Source: Mobula hypostoma (lineage: Eukaryota). Taken from it: a stretch of 64,000 nt of DNA. Below are positions 27,076-39,765 of the stretch, piece by piece; the first letter of the stretch is position 1, and each line of letters begins with the position of its first letter. Position numbers and translations under genes: made by a program. The stretch lies in NCBI RefSeq assembly GCF_963921235.1, contig NC_086097.1, positions 136,588,001 to 136,652,000 on the forward strand, in the 5' to 3' direction. The notes beneath the pieces were generated by a model. That model was not told the DNA's origin. It worked only from the letters and a program-made list of their open reading frames with translations, and ran no database searches.

Positions 27076-30000
27076 CTACATTAAATGAAAGTATTGAATA
27101 AAAGATCTCTAGGTCTGTTCAAATTTAACTGAGGTATTATAAAGATTACTTCTGACTTTTTTGAAATTTAGATGCAGTATCGTTTGAGAGAACCAAAAAA
27201 ACATAGTTGGGGCATTAATCTCCTTCCGGTGTTGTAAAATACATCTTTTCGCCATTAAGGTAAGAAATGCAATCGTTCTACACGCTGAGGGGGATAAATT
27301 ACTAGAAGTTTTAGGTAATCCAAAGATAGCCATAATAGGATGGGGAGAAATATCACTATTCAGAACCTTTGAGATAATATTAAAAATGTCTTTCCAAAAA
27401 ATTTCCAGAATAGGACAAGACCAAAACATGTGGGTCAGGGAAGCTATCTCCCCATGACATCTATCACAAAGGAAGTTAATATGAGAGTAAAAACGAGCTA
27501 ATTTATCTTTAGACATGTGTGCTCTATGGACAACTTTAAATTGAATTAAGGAGTGTTTGGAACAGATAGAGGAATTATTAACTAGTTGCAAAATATGTCA
27601 TCCGCCGGGATAGTAAAGCCCAATTCCTTTTCCCAGTTAGCCCTGATCTTATCGAATGGAGCTATCCTAAGTTTCATGATAGTATTATAAATAATAGCCA
27701 TTACACCTTTCTGACACGGGTTGAGGTTAATGATAGCGTCTAAAATATTTGTAGAGGGTAACACCGGAAAGGAGGAAAGTATGGTATTTAGGAAATTTCT
27801 AACTTACAAGTATCTTAAAAAAAAAGTGTTCTTGGTAAACAGTATTTGTTAGATAACTGTTCAAAAGACATAAGGGAGCCGTCTGAAAATAAATCCAAAA
27901 ACCATGATATACCATTAGTCTTCCAAATTTGAAAGGCATGGTCCGTAGAGGAGGGGAGAAAAAATATATTGCCCATAATAGGAATCGCTAACATAAATTG
28001 ATTAAGATCGAAAAATTTTCGAAATTGAAACCAGAATGCGTAAGGTATGTTTAACTATCGAGTTGCAAACCTGCTTATAGCATTTCAAATCGGAAGGAAG
28101 AGAAGGTCCTAATATAGAGCCAAGTGCATAGCCTTGAACAGAATGTAATTTCAATACTACCCATTTAGGAATGGGTAGTGTATCTTGGTCAAGTAACCAA
28201 AATTTCATGTGTCAAATATTAATTGCCCAATAATAAAATATAAAGTTAGGTAATGCCAAGCCTCCATCTCTCTTAGCTTTCTGTAGACGTATTCTACCAA
28301 ATCTCGGGTTTTTATTTTGCCAAATAAATGAAGAGATTTTAGAGTCTACTTTATCAAAAAAGGATTTTAGAACAAAAATCGGTAATGCCTGAAATATATA
28401 TAAAAATTTTGGCAGAATAAACATCTTAACAGCATTAATACGACCAGTCAAAGTTAAATAAAGTGGAGATCATTTAAAGGAAAGTTGTGTAATGTGGTCA
28501 ATTAAGGGTAAGTAATTAGTCTTAAATAAATCCTTATGTTTACAGGTAATTTTAATCCCAAGATATGAAAAATGATTATTAACCAATCTAAACGGCAGGT
28601 TCTGATATAAGCGAACTTGCTTATTAATAGGGAAAAGTTCACTCTTATTATGATTTAATTTGTATCCTGAAAAAGTCTAAATTGTGTTAATAAATCTAAA
28701 GCTGCTGGAATAGATTTTTGAGGATTGGAAATATAAAAGTAAGTCATCAGCATAAAGTGATACTTTATGAGACTTTAACCCACGAGTTATACCAATAATG
28801 TTAGGAGATTCTCGAATAGCAATTGCAAAAGGTTCTAATGCTATATCAAATAATAAAGGGCTAAGAGGACAACCTTGTCTGGTACCTCAAAAAAGAGGGA
28901 AAAAAAAAGGTGAGTTTAGAGTGTTAGTACAAACTGAGGCTATAGGAGAATGGTATAACAATTTGATCCAGGATATAAATTTCAGGCTGAAGTTAAACAT
29001 TTCAAGCACCTTAAATAAGTAAGGCCATTCGACCCCGTCAAAGGCTTTTTCAGCGTCCAGGGAAATGACGCATCCAGGATCATTTTGTGAGGGGGTATAG
29101 ACAATATTTAAAAGTGTACGAATATTATAAAAAGAGTAGCTATTCTTAATAAAACCTGTTTGGTCTTCCGAAATAATATAAGGAAGTGCTTCTAGTCTAT
29201 TTGCTAATAATTTAGAAAAAATCTTAGCGTCAACATTTAACAAGGAAATTGGTCTATAAGATGCACATTGAGTGGGGTCTTTATCCTTCTTTAATATGAA
29301 AGAGATCGATGCTCTATAAAAGGATTCTGGTAGTTTACCAAGTTTTAATGAGGCCTCCAGAACCCTGGATAACCAGGGGACTAATGAGGGTGCAAAAAAT
29401 TTGAAAAATTCCATGGTAAACCCATCAGGGCCAGGAGCCTTCCCCGAGTTCATAGAAAAAATAACATTCTTAATCTCATCAGTAGTGAAGGAAGTTTCTA
29501 ATATAGAACATATATCGTGTGAAATCTTAGGGAAATCTAGGTTATTTAAAAAGTCACACATATGTTTAGAATCTCGTGGAGATTCTGATTGATATAAAGA
29601 GGAATAAAAATCAAAAAAGGATTGATTAATCTCAGCTTGACCAAACGTCAGTTGGTCTTTTTGATTATAAATCTGATTAATTTGAAATTTAATGGAGTTA
29701 GTCTTCAACTGATTAGCCAACAGTTTACCAACTTTGTCACTATGTATATAAAATTCGCTTCTGTCTGCATTAATTGATTTGCAATAGAGGACGAAAGTAA
29801 TAAACTGTGTTCCATTTGAAGTTCAGTTCTTTGTTTACACAGCTTCTCAGACAGAGCTGTAGCATATTTCTTATCTATTTCCTTAATCTTGTCCGCAAGA
29901 GCCAGCTCTTCCTTCTTCAACCTTTTCCTCAAAGCAGCAGAGTACGAAATGATCTGGCCATGAATATAACCTTTAAAAGTATCCCAAAGGGTGTTCATGG

Positions 30001-30848
30001 ATATATCCTCTGTACTGTTAATTCTAAAAAAAAGATCAATCTGTTCATTCATAAAGTTAACAAAATCCAAGTCCTGAAGCAACAGCGGATTAAAACACCA
30101 TTGTCTATTATTTTGAGTATTGGCCAATAATTTAATAGAAAGCTTAAGTGGAGCATGGTCGGAAATGGTTATAGAGTCATATTCACATTTAACTACTGAA
30201 GAAATAAGACGAGAGTCAATAAAAAAAAAAAATCAATTCTTGAGCAAGAGTGATGAACATGTGAAAAAAAAGAGAAGTCTTTTTCATGAGGATGCAAAAA
30301 CCGCCAAATGTCTGTCGACCCCGAAATCTGAGAGGAATGAATTAATTAAGGTTGCGGATTTATTGGGTCCAGTCCGTATATGGGCGGAACGGTCCAATAA
30401 TGGGGATAAACAAGCATTAAGATCTCTGCCCTAGATTAGTGAAAACTCATTCAAATTCGGGAACAAATTAAATAATGATTTATAAAATTCGGGACAGTCC
30501 GAGTTTGAAGCATAAACGTTAACCAGAACTACCTTTTTATTAAAGAGTAAACCACTAACCAGTAAAAATCTACCATTTGGATCAGAGATAATATCCTGTT
30601 GCACAAATGTAATTGAGGGATCTATGAAAACAGAAACTCCTCTAATTTTGGCATTGGAATTCGAACGATATTGTTGATCCTTCCAGAACTTAAAAAAAAA
30701 CGTAATCTGTCCCCTCTCCGCACATGGGTCTCTTGTACAAATAGAATATGTGCTTTAAGTCTCCGGAATACTTTGAAGATTTTTTCCTTTTAATTGGATG
30801 ATTGAGACCATTAGTATTCCAAGGGACAAAATTAATAGTAGAATCCAT
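27076..30848 (-). pseudogene. L1 ORF2 (APE endonuclease, RT and CCHC), multiple frameshifts and stops
   Basis: Starts MDSTINFVPWNTNGLNHPIKRKK..QETH; contains [53 protein letters not shown] and CDRC..SLTHMFWSC. Confidence 0.92.
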
Positions 30849-31520
30849 AACTCCTAAAGTCAACCCTCAAATAAAGGGAGGATTGACAATAGGTTCAATC
30901 CACAAACCCAAAAAGGGAACAGAGTAAACATGAGATACCGAGAAAGAGGACGCGAAAAATACTTCAATAATATGAGTAGCCCAAGAAGAAAAAAAAACTA
31001 AAAAGTGAAGCCCCCCACCCCAAAACACCAAAGCTAAATATAAAATAGACTAGCCAGATAGAAGCAAGCACTAAATCTACCCCCATGACTTCTGATAGAC
31101 GCTCAATAAAACAAGTGTATATATAAAAAGATCAGCTAAAATTGTAAAACAGTAGAAGAGTGGAAAAAAATCAAGTACACCGATTAAAACGATATAATAC
31201 AAAGAAAAAAAAATATATAAAAAAACGTTGACACACAGCAAACCATATAATTAAGAAAGGAGATGAAATATCTGCATAGACTAACAAAAAAATTACGAAG
31301 TTTAAGGCCTCCAGGTATGTGCGAAAAATGATGCTGTGGGAGTGGCCACCCAAAATCCCCAGGGAAGAAGAAGGAATGAAGCAGTTAAAAAAGAGTTTGG
31401 CAGCCATATTGATTAAACAAAAAAAAAACCATTTCTGCCCTCAGAAAGACCAAAAAAAAAGAAATTAAAACCCAACAGAGTAACAGCCTCCAATCAGGCA
31501 CTGATGATTTAGTAGTGCGA

Positions 31521-32338
31521 TTAGGATGTTGAAGGCGAATGTTGATCCAGGTAACACTGGGCTTCCGATGGAGAGTCGAAAAAATGGGAAGACCCCTCAG
31601 ACAATCGGATCCTCAAACGTGCGGAATATAGCAGCACTGGTTTTAAATCAATCTTGTAGAATTCCGCCATCACAGATCTGTAGCAAACACGTTGGTCACG
31701 AACCTGTTTGCTAAAATCCTCCACTAATCGAAAGCGGAGATTCGAGAAATCAATGTAGCCTTTAGGTTGAGCAAAACGAAGCAACTTTTCCTTGTCTTGA
31801 AGATAATGAAATCGTAAAGTAACACGCCAAGGTTTGTCTGACTTAGATGAATATGATGGGACTCTATGAGCCCTGTCCAATAGTGGTGGTTGATCAGGAA
31901 ACAAGGTGGGAAATGAATCTTTTAAAAGTTGAGAGAAAAACTTATAGGGTCTTTAGATTCAGCGTGTTCTCGGAGCCCAATAATTCTTATATTCTGACTA
32001 CGCATTCTGTATTCTAAATCAGAATTTTTAAAGGTAAGGAAATCAAGTTTTTTCTTCATTGTACTAATTGTTTCTTCAATTTTTCCCATTTTGAGTTCAT
32101 TCTGTTGCATATGAACTTGGAGATTAGATACAGCAGTCTGATGTTCCGTGATGGTTGTTTTCATCTTATCAATTTCATCGATGATTCTCTCCAGTTTAGA
32201 TGAAATCTCCGCACGGATCAAATCCGTTATAGCTTGCATAGTTACTGCCGATTCAACCGGAGGGGGGTCGGTAGCTTTCGGTCGGACAGGAGGTTTGCCG
32301 TTTTTCCATTTCTCAGACATACCGGACCTTAAAAACAT
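31521..32338 (-). pseudogene. L1 ORF1 (coiled coil, RRM and CTD), frameshifted
   Basis: Heptad-rich region followed by DLEYRMRSQNIRIIGLRE, LDRAHR, LRFHYLQDKE and EDFS; frameshift near 31925. Confidence 0.88.
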
Positions 32339-34619
32339 CCAAATATATAATAACGATCAACTGCCAGGTATTGTAAAGCTCGGTGCCTTAAAAGTTAGCT
32401 TAAATGTAGCTGATCATAGGATAAGGATCTGAGGTAATGGAGCCGATCTAGAACAGGACCTCACTCCATGAGCGCCACCGGAAGTTTTCTACCCCCGAGG
32501 AACTTAATGCTTTTGACCTGTTCCACTAGCGCACCACCGATGTAAATGGGGTTGTGCGGTCCGCTACTCCTTCTGAAGTCAACAACCAATTCCTCGTCTT
32601 GCTGACGTTGAGGGATAGGTTATTGTCTTCACACCATGCCACCAGGTTCTTAATTTCCTCTCTGTACTCAAATTCATCATTACCCGAGATACGGCCTACA
32701 ATTGTGGTGTCATCAGCAAACTTATATATTGAGTTTGATGGAAATTTGGCTACACAATCATGGGTGTACAGTGAGTACAGCAGGGGGCTGAGTACACAGC
32801 CTTGTGGGGCACCGGTGCTCAGAGTGATTGTAGAGGAGAACTTGTCCCCTATTTTTACAGCCTGGGTCCTGTCTGTGAGGAAGTTGAAGATCCAGCTGCA
32901 GATCTGAGTGCTAAGGCCCAGGTTCTGGAGCTTAGGAATCAGTTTATTTGGAATGATGGTATTAAAGGCAGAGCTGTAGTCAATGAAAAGGAGCCTTACG
33001 TATGCGCCTTTATTCTCCAGGTGTTCTAAGGAGGAATGTAGGGCCAGAGAGATGGCATCTGCCGTTGACCTGTTGCTTCGGTAGGCGAATTGCAAAGCGT
33101 CGGGGTTGACCGGTAGGCTGTGCTTGATGTGTGCCATAACCAATCGCTCGAAGCACTTCATAGCAATTGATGTCAGAGCCACAGGTCGATAGTCATTCAG
33201 GTATACCACCTTGCTTTTCTTTGGCACTGGGATTATTGTTGCCTTCTTAAAACATGAGGGGATCTTAGACTGAAGCAAGGAGCAGTTGAAGATATCAGCA
33301 AACACTCCAGCTAGCTCGCTTGCACAGGCCCGGAGAACCCGTCCCAGGCCGCCATCTGGGCCTGTCGCCTTCCTTGGATTTATCTTCAGGAAGGCCCTTC
33401 TAACATCCTCCTCGGTGACGATGAATCTTGATGCCACCAGGTCCGGTTCATCCGGAGGGAGCAGGACGCTCCTCTTCTGTTCAAATCTTGCGTAGAATAC
33501 GTTAAGTTTGTCAGGAAGAGAAACGCCACAGTTATTGATATTCCCAGCCTTTTCGTTGCACCCAGTGATCTCATTTAGACCCTGCCATAGTCTACTGGCA
33601 TCCCTTTGGTTACCCTGAGCTTCCAACTTGGCTCGATTTTGCCTCTTGGCGCCCTTAATGGCTTTCCGGAGTTCACACCTGGACTCTGTGTAGCGACTAG
33701 TATCCCCGGACCTAAAAGCTGCAGCTCTAGCCTTTAAAAGGGATTTGACCTCATAATTCATCCAAGGTTTCCGGTTAGGGAATACCCGGATTGTCTTGCG
33801 AGACACACAGTCCTCCGTGCATTTCCAAATAAAGTCCGTGACAGCTGAGGCATACTCATCGAGGTTAGCTGCCGAGTCCTTGAATACTAACCAGTCCACC
33901 GATTCAAAGCAGTCACGGAGGACCTCATTCGTTTCCTCTGTCCAACGCGACACTACTTTTGACACCGTGACCTCCCGCTTCAGTTTCTGTTTGTAAGCCA
34001 GGAGGAGGAGTACGGCCTGATGGTCCGATTCTCCGTAGTGCGGTCGTGGGACGGAACGGTAGGCATCCTTGACTGCTGTGTAGCAGTGGTCAAGTACATT
34101 CGGGCCACTAGTGGGGCAGGAGACATGTTGGTATAACTTTGGTATAACTATACATGTGTTTGAGGTGAAAGATTTCAAAGAAACCTGAGGGGCAACATCT
34201 TCACGCAGAGATTGTGTGTATGGAGCAATCTGCTAGAGAAAGTGGTTGAGGCAAGTACAATAAGATTGTTGGAAAGACATTTGGATGAGGACGTGATAGA
34301 AAAGGTTTAGAGAGATGTGAGCCAGACATGGGTAAATGGGACTATATTGGTGGGGACCATAGTCAGCATAGACAAGTTGCTGAAGGGCCTGTTTCTGTGC
34401 TGTGTTACTGTATGATTCTGCCTCAAATCTCAGCGTTTAATGGACTTTTGAATATTACGAAATTCTGGGGACATGGCATTGGTGCACAAAGTGTCCCTGA
34501 GGTAAATAATCAGCCAGAATCTTACTGCAGGAACAATGGCCTAGACTTGTTCCAATTCCTGCTGCTGTTATCACACTGTCACTGTTGTGCACAGGCTTTC
34601 TCTTGTCTTTCGAAGGTCA

Positions 34620-35130
34620 ATGAGATTCATACAGTTCTGTGTCATGGAAACAGGCCTATTGGCCCAACCCAGCTATGCCAACCAAGTGCTTATTGAAGTA
34701 AATCCAACTTGCCTATCTTTGGCTCCTATCCCTCTAAACCCTTCCTATTCATGTACCTGTCCAAATTTTTTCTTTTTAAAGCATTGTAATTGTACCCACT
34801 TCCACCAATTCCTATGGAAGCCCTTTCCATATACCCACCACTCTCTGTGTGAGAAACTCGCCTTTTGGGTCCCTTTTTAATTTTTCCCCTCTAACCATAA
34901 ACCTATTCCCTCCAGTTTTTGACTCCCCTATGCTGGGACAAAGACTGCAATCATTCACCTTATCTATGTCTCTCAAAATTTTATAAACCCCTATAAGGTC
35001 CTGTGAAAATAATCCCAGCCTATCCAATTTCTTTTATAACTTTAGCCCTCCAGTCTCGGCAACATCCTTGTGAATTTTATCCGCACCCTCTCAAGTTTAA
35101 TCACATCCTTTCTATAGTAAGGTAACCAAT
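34620..35130 (-). mobile_element. CR1 3' fragment
   Basis: DRLGLFS..DLIGVYKILR.IDKV...FLTQRVVGIWKGLP. Confidence 0.8.
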
Positions 35131-35689
35131 CTCATTTTGTATTTTGTTTTAGACTAAAAGTACCTTATTGGCAGGAAAGTGGTTTGAGACCTATGAAATG
35201 GTTATAGATTCAGTATATCCTTGGATTTGTTAGAAATGATAATTCATTGAATGATGTTGATATGACATACAGACCTTCAATCACATTTAACTCACTGTAT
35301 TGGGGTTTCTCATAATTAATGTGCTTTTTGTTTGAGGTACTCTTGTAAAGTATTTTGAGGAAAAAGCTGATTATTCCTGAAATGCTGAAAGTACTAAATC
35401 ACCTAACTCAAGAATTAAGAGTTAAATGTCACCGACAGCCAGAAGTGAAATGGAAAGCTTAAAATAAGCTGTGGAATCAGATGCTCCCAGCACCATTCCA
35501 CTAAATCACTTAAGCTATGCAAGAACATTTAACACATTTTGTGTTTTTACAAGAGTGAAGCTCTGAGACTAGGTCAGAGCTTGGGGCAAACTGCCGAATG
35601 ATAATTTTGCTTCCGAAGCAATAGTTTTGCAGGATGGCAGCTCAGCTGGAAACAAGTGTCCACGTCCATACCTCTGTGTGAAATAAAAA

Positions 35690-35970
35690 CAAAGCTGCTG
35701 GAAGTGCTAGCCAGGCTGCTCAGGCATCATCTGTGGAGAGAGAGAGAGAAAAGGTTAACATTTCAAGTTCAAGACCCTTCAGCAGAAGCTGTTCTAATGA
35801 AGATCTGATGCAGGGTATCAATCTGAAACATCAGCAATTCCATTCCTCCCACAGAGGCTGCTTGATGCGTTGAGTTCTTCCAGTGGATTGTTTGTTGCTC
35901 CAGATTCCAATGTCTGCTCTTCCTTGTGTCCTAATGAAGGGTCTCAACCTTAAAGTGTCAGCTCTGTTTC
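35690..35970. mobile_element. Penelope-like (PLE) LTR remnants, one inverted and two tandem, with degenerate hammerhead-like cores (other remnants near 17860-17945, 18520-18670, 24110-24200, 42930-43020, 45100-45390 and 50770-51110)
   Basis: Repeated CTGATGAAGGGTCT(N)GAAAC-like motif followed by CCATAGATGCTGCC-like blocks in both orientations. Confidence 0.6.
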
Positions 35971-36020
35971 TCTTTCGGGTACCTAGGATCAACTTTACTT
36001 GCCATATACATTTATGGGTA

Positions 36021-36517
36021 CAGTGGATTCCGGTTAATTGGGCCATCAATTAATCAGGGTAGTCACTTATTGGGGAAAACTCTTAAAGAACAAAAACTAA
36101 TCCTGAAAATAGCTGGGATTCCATTTATTTATTTGGGACATTATTCTGCATAATTGGGACAGGAGAGGGTTGCCGAACAGTTTCTAACTAGCGTCAGTTG
36201 CGTGCACTTGTGTGGCCATTAAGACACTACACTATGCCTAGAGCAAACAGTTTTTAAGTAGCCTCAGTTGCCTGTGCTTGTGTTCTGTTATCCATTTGGG
36301 TTGATGGGTGCAATTCAAAAAGCAGTGATTTGCTTCATAATTTTGTTTTTTGATCTGGGGAAAAAAGAAATTCATACCCTGGCCAAAATGGCACAATTAG
36401 ATTTGACACTAGCTGAACGAATTGCTCTGTTGGACCAAATTAAAAGCCATCCACCCAACACCACTCACTTTCAATTGGCAGAGATGAGTGGAATACCGCG
36501 ATCTACAATTGCACACT
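36021..36517 (+). mobile_element. pogo/Tigger-like DNA transposon, left end
   Basis: TA|CAGTGGATTCCGGTTAATTGG terminus; from ATG 36388, MAQLDLTLAERIALLDQIK...QLAEMSGIPRSTIA (CENP-B/pipsqueak-type HTH); truncated by the Gypsy remnant. Confidence 0.7.
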
Positions 36518-38150
36518 TGACACTATGTATTTAATATTTCATCAATATTTGAGTGATATTGTAAAATATATTGCTTGAGTTTTCCATTGCCACCCTGAAC
36601 TCTCCTGTACTTTAAGTTGCTTTCAGTTGACTCTTTCGCAGGTGATGTGGCATGCAAATAGTGGATGAATTTCCAATCCAGCTTCAGCTACTCATGGCCC
36701 CACAATGCTGATCCTCCTGTTAATACCATATACAAGCTCAATATGGTTTGCTGATTGTTGTATTTCACTGTAACAAATGTCATTTCCTTAGGAATAATCT
36801 TTTCTCCAGTACAAGTTCTTACTTGAATATCTGCAGTCTTCAATTCAGTTTCTTTTGAAATACCATTCAAGCTCATTTTGTGGAATGACGGAAACAGCTA
36901 ATCTAGTGCCCAATTCCATTTTAATGAATTTGCCATTCTCTTCTGGTGTAAGCCATATTGCTTGTCTTTTGTTAGTTTTCACATTGTAGATCTCAAGGCT
37001 ATTCAGTCCTGTGTCAGTCACTCCCATCACTTTCAGTTTTACATCAACAGCATGCTGATTAGTGTTCTTTTTAAAACTGCAACTTGAGGTTTTATCTTTT
37101 TTCACTTCCCTGTGTAGTCAATTTATTTTTGTCTGCCCGACTTGCTGACTGTATTGGTCTGTTGTACATGAGCTTCTGCCACAACAGTAACGTAGTTTGT
37201 TCAGCCAGGCAAGCCGCTGTCTACATGCTGCAATTTTGTTCACGCTCACTTTCATTCCAGACTACAACTCAATTATGTCTTTGTCTGCTGTTTCCATTGC
37301 TACTGCTATTTCAACTGCTCTTTTAAATGTTAGTTGTGCTTCAGTTTAGTGATTTCTCAATACATCATTAAGCTCATCACTGAACTAACAATGCTCAGAC
37401 AATTTCTTCAATTCACCCACATATGCTGAAATGGTCTGCCCTTCCTTTTGATTTCGCTTATGAAACCTAAAGCATTCTGCAATCAATAATGATTTTTGGT
37501 TCCAAATGTTCCTGCAATAATTTCACAATATCAGCAAAGCTCATTTTGGCAATAAAACTTCTAAGCAAACTATATGCCTTTAAATTTGATGTATTCAATA
37601 AAATTAGCATTTGCTTCTCATTGGCAGTTCTATTCCCTTTAAAATACCACTTGGTTTGCTCACTGACACAACAGATAACTAGATATTGTATACAGTTACA
37701 GTACTTATCTGTCAATCACTGTAACGGGTTCCTCCCAAATCTGGCTACTGTGCTCCACCCTTTGAACTTGTTACCACAGCTCAGGAAGAAATGGCAATTG
37801 CTAAAGCAGTGCGAGATGGATTTCCAAAAGGTAAAGGAAATTCTGACATCAGCCACTGTCCTCGCGTTATGATCTGAGTACATCCAGAAGAAAGGTGACC
37901 AGAGCTTTACTGCAGTCCAGAAGTCAACTCCTACAACCTCAATGGCGGAGGCCCCACAACTTGATATTATTTGTTTCATAGCCACAAGTCTGACCTGCCA
38001 AGCAGAGTGACTCCCTCCTTGTCAGGAAAGACATTATCCCACAAGAGTAGGCAACCCTCCACAGTGATTAAATTTTTAGACCTGAATGGAATAATTTAAA
38101 ATTTCCTCTGCTCTTGGATGTTTATATACTTATGTGGTATACTGCATATA
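36518..38150. mobile_element. Ty3/Gypsy LTR retrotransposon remnant with internal deletion and inversion
   Basis: Minus strand: gag-like AYSLLRS...LQEHLEPK..FHKRNQKEG and protease-like MELGT..AVSVI...VRTCTGEKI..SALWG. Plus strand: RT connection FLPNLATVLHPLN.L...KW...FQKVKEILTSATVL and integrase tail RHYPTR..NPPQ. Confidence 0.75.
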
Positions 38151-38191
38151 CAATATTGTCCTAGTTCTTTCTTGGGCACATACGTTATATA

Positions 38192-39166
38192 CAGTGCCTA
38201 TAAAAAGTATTCACCCCCTCTCCGGAAGGTTTCATGTTTCATTGTTTTACAACTTTGAATCACAGTGGATTTATTTTGGCTTCTTTTAACGCTGTTCAAC
38301 ATAAAAGACTTTTATGTCAAGTGAAAACAAATTTCTACAAATTGGTCTAAATTTATTATAATTATTAAACACAAAATAATTGACTGCATAATAACTCACC
38401 CCCTTCAAGTCAGTATTTAATAGATGCACCCTTTGGCAGCAATTACAGCCTTGAGTCTGTGTGGATAGGTCTCTATTAGCTTTGCACATCTGGACACTGC
38501 AATCTTTTCCCCATTCTTCTTTACAAAACTGTTCAAGCTCTGTCAGATTGCATGGGGATCATGAGTGAACAGCCCTTTTCTAGTCCAGCACAAATTCTCA
38601 ATTGGATTGAGGTCTGGACTCTGACTTGGCAACTCCAGGACATTAACTTTATTTATAAGCCATTCCTGTGTAGCTTTAGCTTTATGCTTGGGGTCAATGT
38701 CTTGCTGGAAAACAAATCTTCTTCCAAGTCGCAGTTCTCTTGCAGACTGCATTAGGTTTTCCTGCAGGATTTTCCTGTATTTTGCTGCATTCATTTTACC
38801 CTCTACCTTCACAAGCCTTCAAGGGCCTGCTGCAGTGAAGCATCCCCACAGCATGATGCAGCCACCACCATGCTTCATGGTAGGGATGGTGTGTTTTTGA
38901 TGTGCAGTGTTTGGCTTGCACAAAACATAGCGTTTAGTCTGATGGCCAAAAAAACTCAATTTTGGTTTCATCAGATCAAAGAACCTTCTTCCGGCTGACT
39001 TCAGAGTCTCCCACGTGTCTTCTGGCAAACTCCGCTGAAAATTCATTTGAGTTTCTTTCAACAGTGGCTTTCTCTTTGCCACTCTCCCATTAGGCTGTGA
39101 CTGGTGAAGCACCCGGGCAACAGTTGTGTGTGCAGTCTCTCCCACCTCAGCCATTGAAGCTTGTAA
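38192..39166 (-). mobile_element. Tc1-family DNA transposon, 3' half with one TIR
   Basis: TA|CAGTGCCTATAAAAAGTATTCACCCC terminus; transposase motifs [31 protein letters not shown] and [13 protein letters not shown]. Confidence 0.92.
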
Positions 39167-39765
39167 ATCTGTTCCCTTGATGGAGATGGGAATGCAGGGT
39201 GTTTTCACCTTCCTGAAGTCCATCACCAACTCCTTTGTCTTAGTGATGTTGAGCTGCAGGTGATTCAGCCCACACCACTCAACACAGTTGCCCACCACTC
39301 TTCTGTACTCAGTCTCTTGACCCCAGTTGATACAGCCCATAACTGCTGAATCATCCAGAAACTTCTGCAGGTGGCAGGACTCCGAGTTGTATCTGAGGTC
39401 CAAGGTGTAGACGGTGAACAGGAAGGGGGACAGGACAGTCCCCTGAGGTGCCCCCGTGCTGCCAACCACAGAACCTGATACACAGCTCTGCAGTCTCACA
39501 TACTGTGGCCATCTGAACAGGTAGTCTGTAATCCAGGACACCAGTGAAGCATCCACCTGCATCTCCGTGAGCTTACTCCCTAGTAAAGCAGGCCATATGG
39601 TGTTAAAAGCACTGGAGAAATCAAAGAACGTGATTCTCACAGTGCTGCCTGGCTCATCGAGATAGGTGAAAGCCCATTGATGCAGGAAGATAATGGCATC
39701 CTCAAATCCAATTTGTGCTCGGTTAGCAAACTGCAGGGGGTCTAGTGATGGACTTACATAAAAAT
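39167..39765 (-). mobile_element. Rex1/Babar RT fragment joined directly to the Tc1
   Basis: [41 protein letters not shown] and [15 protein letters not shown]. Confidence 0.9.

Larger units (their letters stand above)
26698..32492 (-). mobile_element. Full-length L1-clade LINE (about 5.8 kb), inactivated
   Basis: 13-bp TSD CCCCGAGGAACTT at 26685-26697 and 32493-32505; AATAAA plus a (GAAA)n/A tail; ORF1 and ORF2 remnants in order. Confidence 0.95.
25988..34150 (-). mobile_element. Rex1/Babar LINE (5'-truncated in the endonuclease), interrupted by L1; segments 25988-26697 and 32493-34150
   Basis: 550-aa ORF 32526-34178 with LDHCY, SDH, NDYRPVALTS, FIDYSSAFNTI, GAPQGCVLSPLLYSLYTHDC and KFADD; C-terminus at 26233-26421 (LPSG.RLRSLKTRTARFGNSFFP). 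Candidate TSD TACAT at 25983-25987 and 34151-34155. Confidence 0.92.
25700..34410 (+). mobile_element. CR1 3' fragment (about 25700-25987 plus 34151-34410), split by a Rex1+L1 nest
   Basis: LEKVQRRFTRILPGLEG and GLYSLE before the break; ...GACCAGAGTACAT|GTGTTTGAGGTGAAAGATTTCAAAGAAACCTGAGGGGCAAC continues after it. Confidence 0.75.
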
